This document shows, in pieces, positions 63,834-64,000 of a stretch of 64,000 nucleotides of DNA. Every line of letters begins with the position of its first letter. The first letter of the stretch is position 1. The stretch is from the NCBI GenBank assembly GCA_905480105.1, contig CAJQPC010000113.1, positions 26,705 to 90,704 on the forward strand, in the 5' to 3' direction. A program made the translations under genes and the position numbers. The DNA comes from an uncultured bacterium. Lineage in GTDB: Bacteria > Myxococcota_A > UBA796 > CAJQPC01. The notes beneath the pieces were generated by a model, which worked only from the letters and a program-made list of their open reading frames with translations, was not told the origin of the DNA and made no database searches.

Positions 63834-64000
63834 TTAGTCAAAGGGATTGGACTTGTAGCCTGCGGGCGCGTTGTCCTGGGTCGTGGAAGAAGGATCAGCC
63901 GTGACGGGTCTGGCGGCCCGGTCGGCGGAAGGACCGGTCTGGGTCGCAGCAGAATCCGTTTTCTCCGTCTCTTTGACTTGGGTGACCGGCCGGGTCTTGG
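63834..64000 (-). CDS. 3' end of an upstream gene (partial, low-complexity tail)
   Basis: My own translation of the minus strand is open to the window edge and ends ...TTQDNAPAGYKSNPFD* (TAA at 63834-63836), 9 nt before the receptor start. Only 54 codons are visible. Confidence 0.3.
   Translation of the reverse strand, partial: KTRPVTQVKETEKTDSAATQTGPSADRAARPVTADPSSTTQDNAPAGYKSNPFD

Noticed and set aside
1-64000. CRISPR arrays, rRNA/tRNA genes, IS elements, integrases, prophage or eCIS/T6SS structural genes, reverse transcriptases, restriction-modification genes.
   Set aside because: I looked for them in the ORF translations and the spacers and found none. The absence is by eye only and should be confirmed with standard tools.

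Overview
GC-rich, very gene-dense bacterial chromosomal window. I support about 52 protein-coding genes. I saw no rRNA, tRNA, CRISPR array, transposase, integrase or prophage genes. The lineage is probably Myxococcota (inference). This rests on two proteins ending in MYXO-CTERM-like tails (Cys/Gly patch, hydrophobic helix, RRR), on MopE-type DCDDTDP metal-binding motifs, and on many lipoproteins with acidic linkers after the lipobox Cys (17 by my reading). Recognisable housekeeping genes: UDP-glucuronate-4-epimerase-like SDR, SlyX, thioredoxin and glutaredoxin, D-aminoacylase with a divergent frameshifted TetR, HtrA protease, FabH-like KAS III, prolyl oligopeptidase, SNF2 helicase, C26 amidotransferase, DAGK-like kinase, DUF1015, MscS, DUF309 with a BtuF-like binding protein, DUF1501 with a CxxCH partner, and a TonB-dependent receptor. 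The best candidate for an undescribed system is a minus-strand module at 22058-28207. It runs PEGA lipoprotein, Cys-rich lipoprotein, a 1526-aa cytoplasmic-looking protein with two DUF4157 (eCIS-core/HExxH-like) modules and an unassigned Gly/Ala-rich C-terminal region, then a 236-aa partner overlapping by ATGA. No contractile-injection structural genes are visible in the window. Other second-look items: an orthocaspase-like protein with both catalytic residues replaced; a 973-aa multi-FHA protein divergent from DUF1015; a leaderless C39-like Cys peptidase beside an orphan TadE-like gene; a TonB-dependent receptor with an N-terminal TPR extension heading a lipoprotein operon; a perfect 36-nt palindrome in an inverted-repeat-dense convergent spacer. 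All family calls come from motifs read by eye, with no database search, so start codons and family names are provisional.
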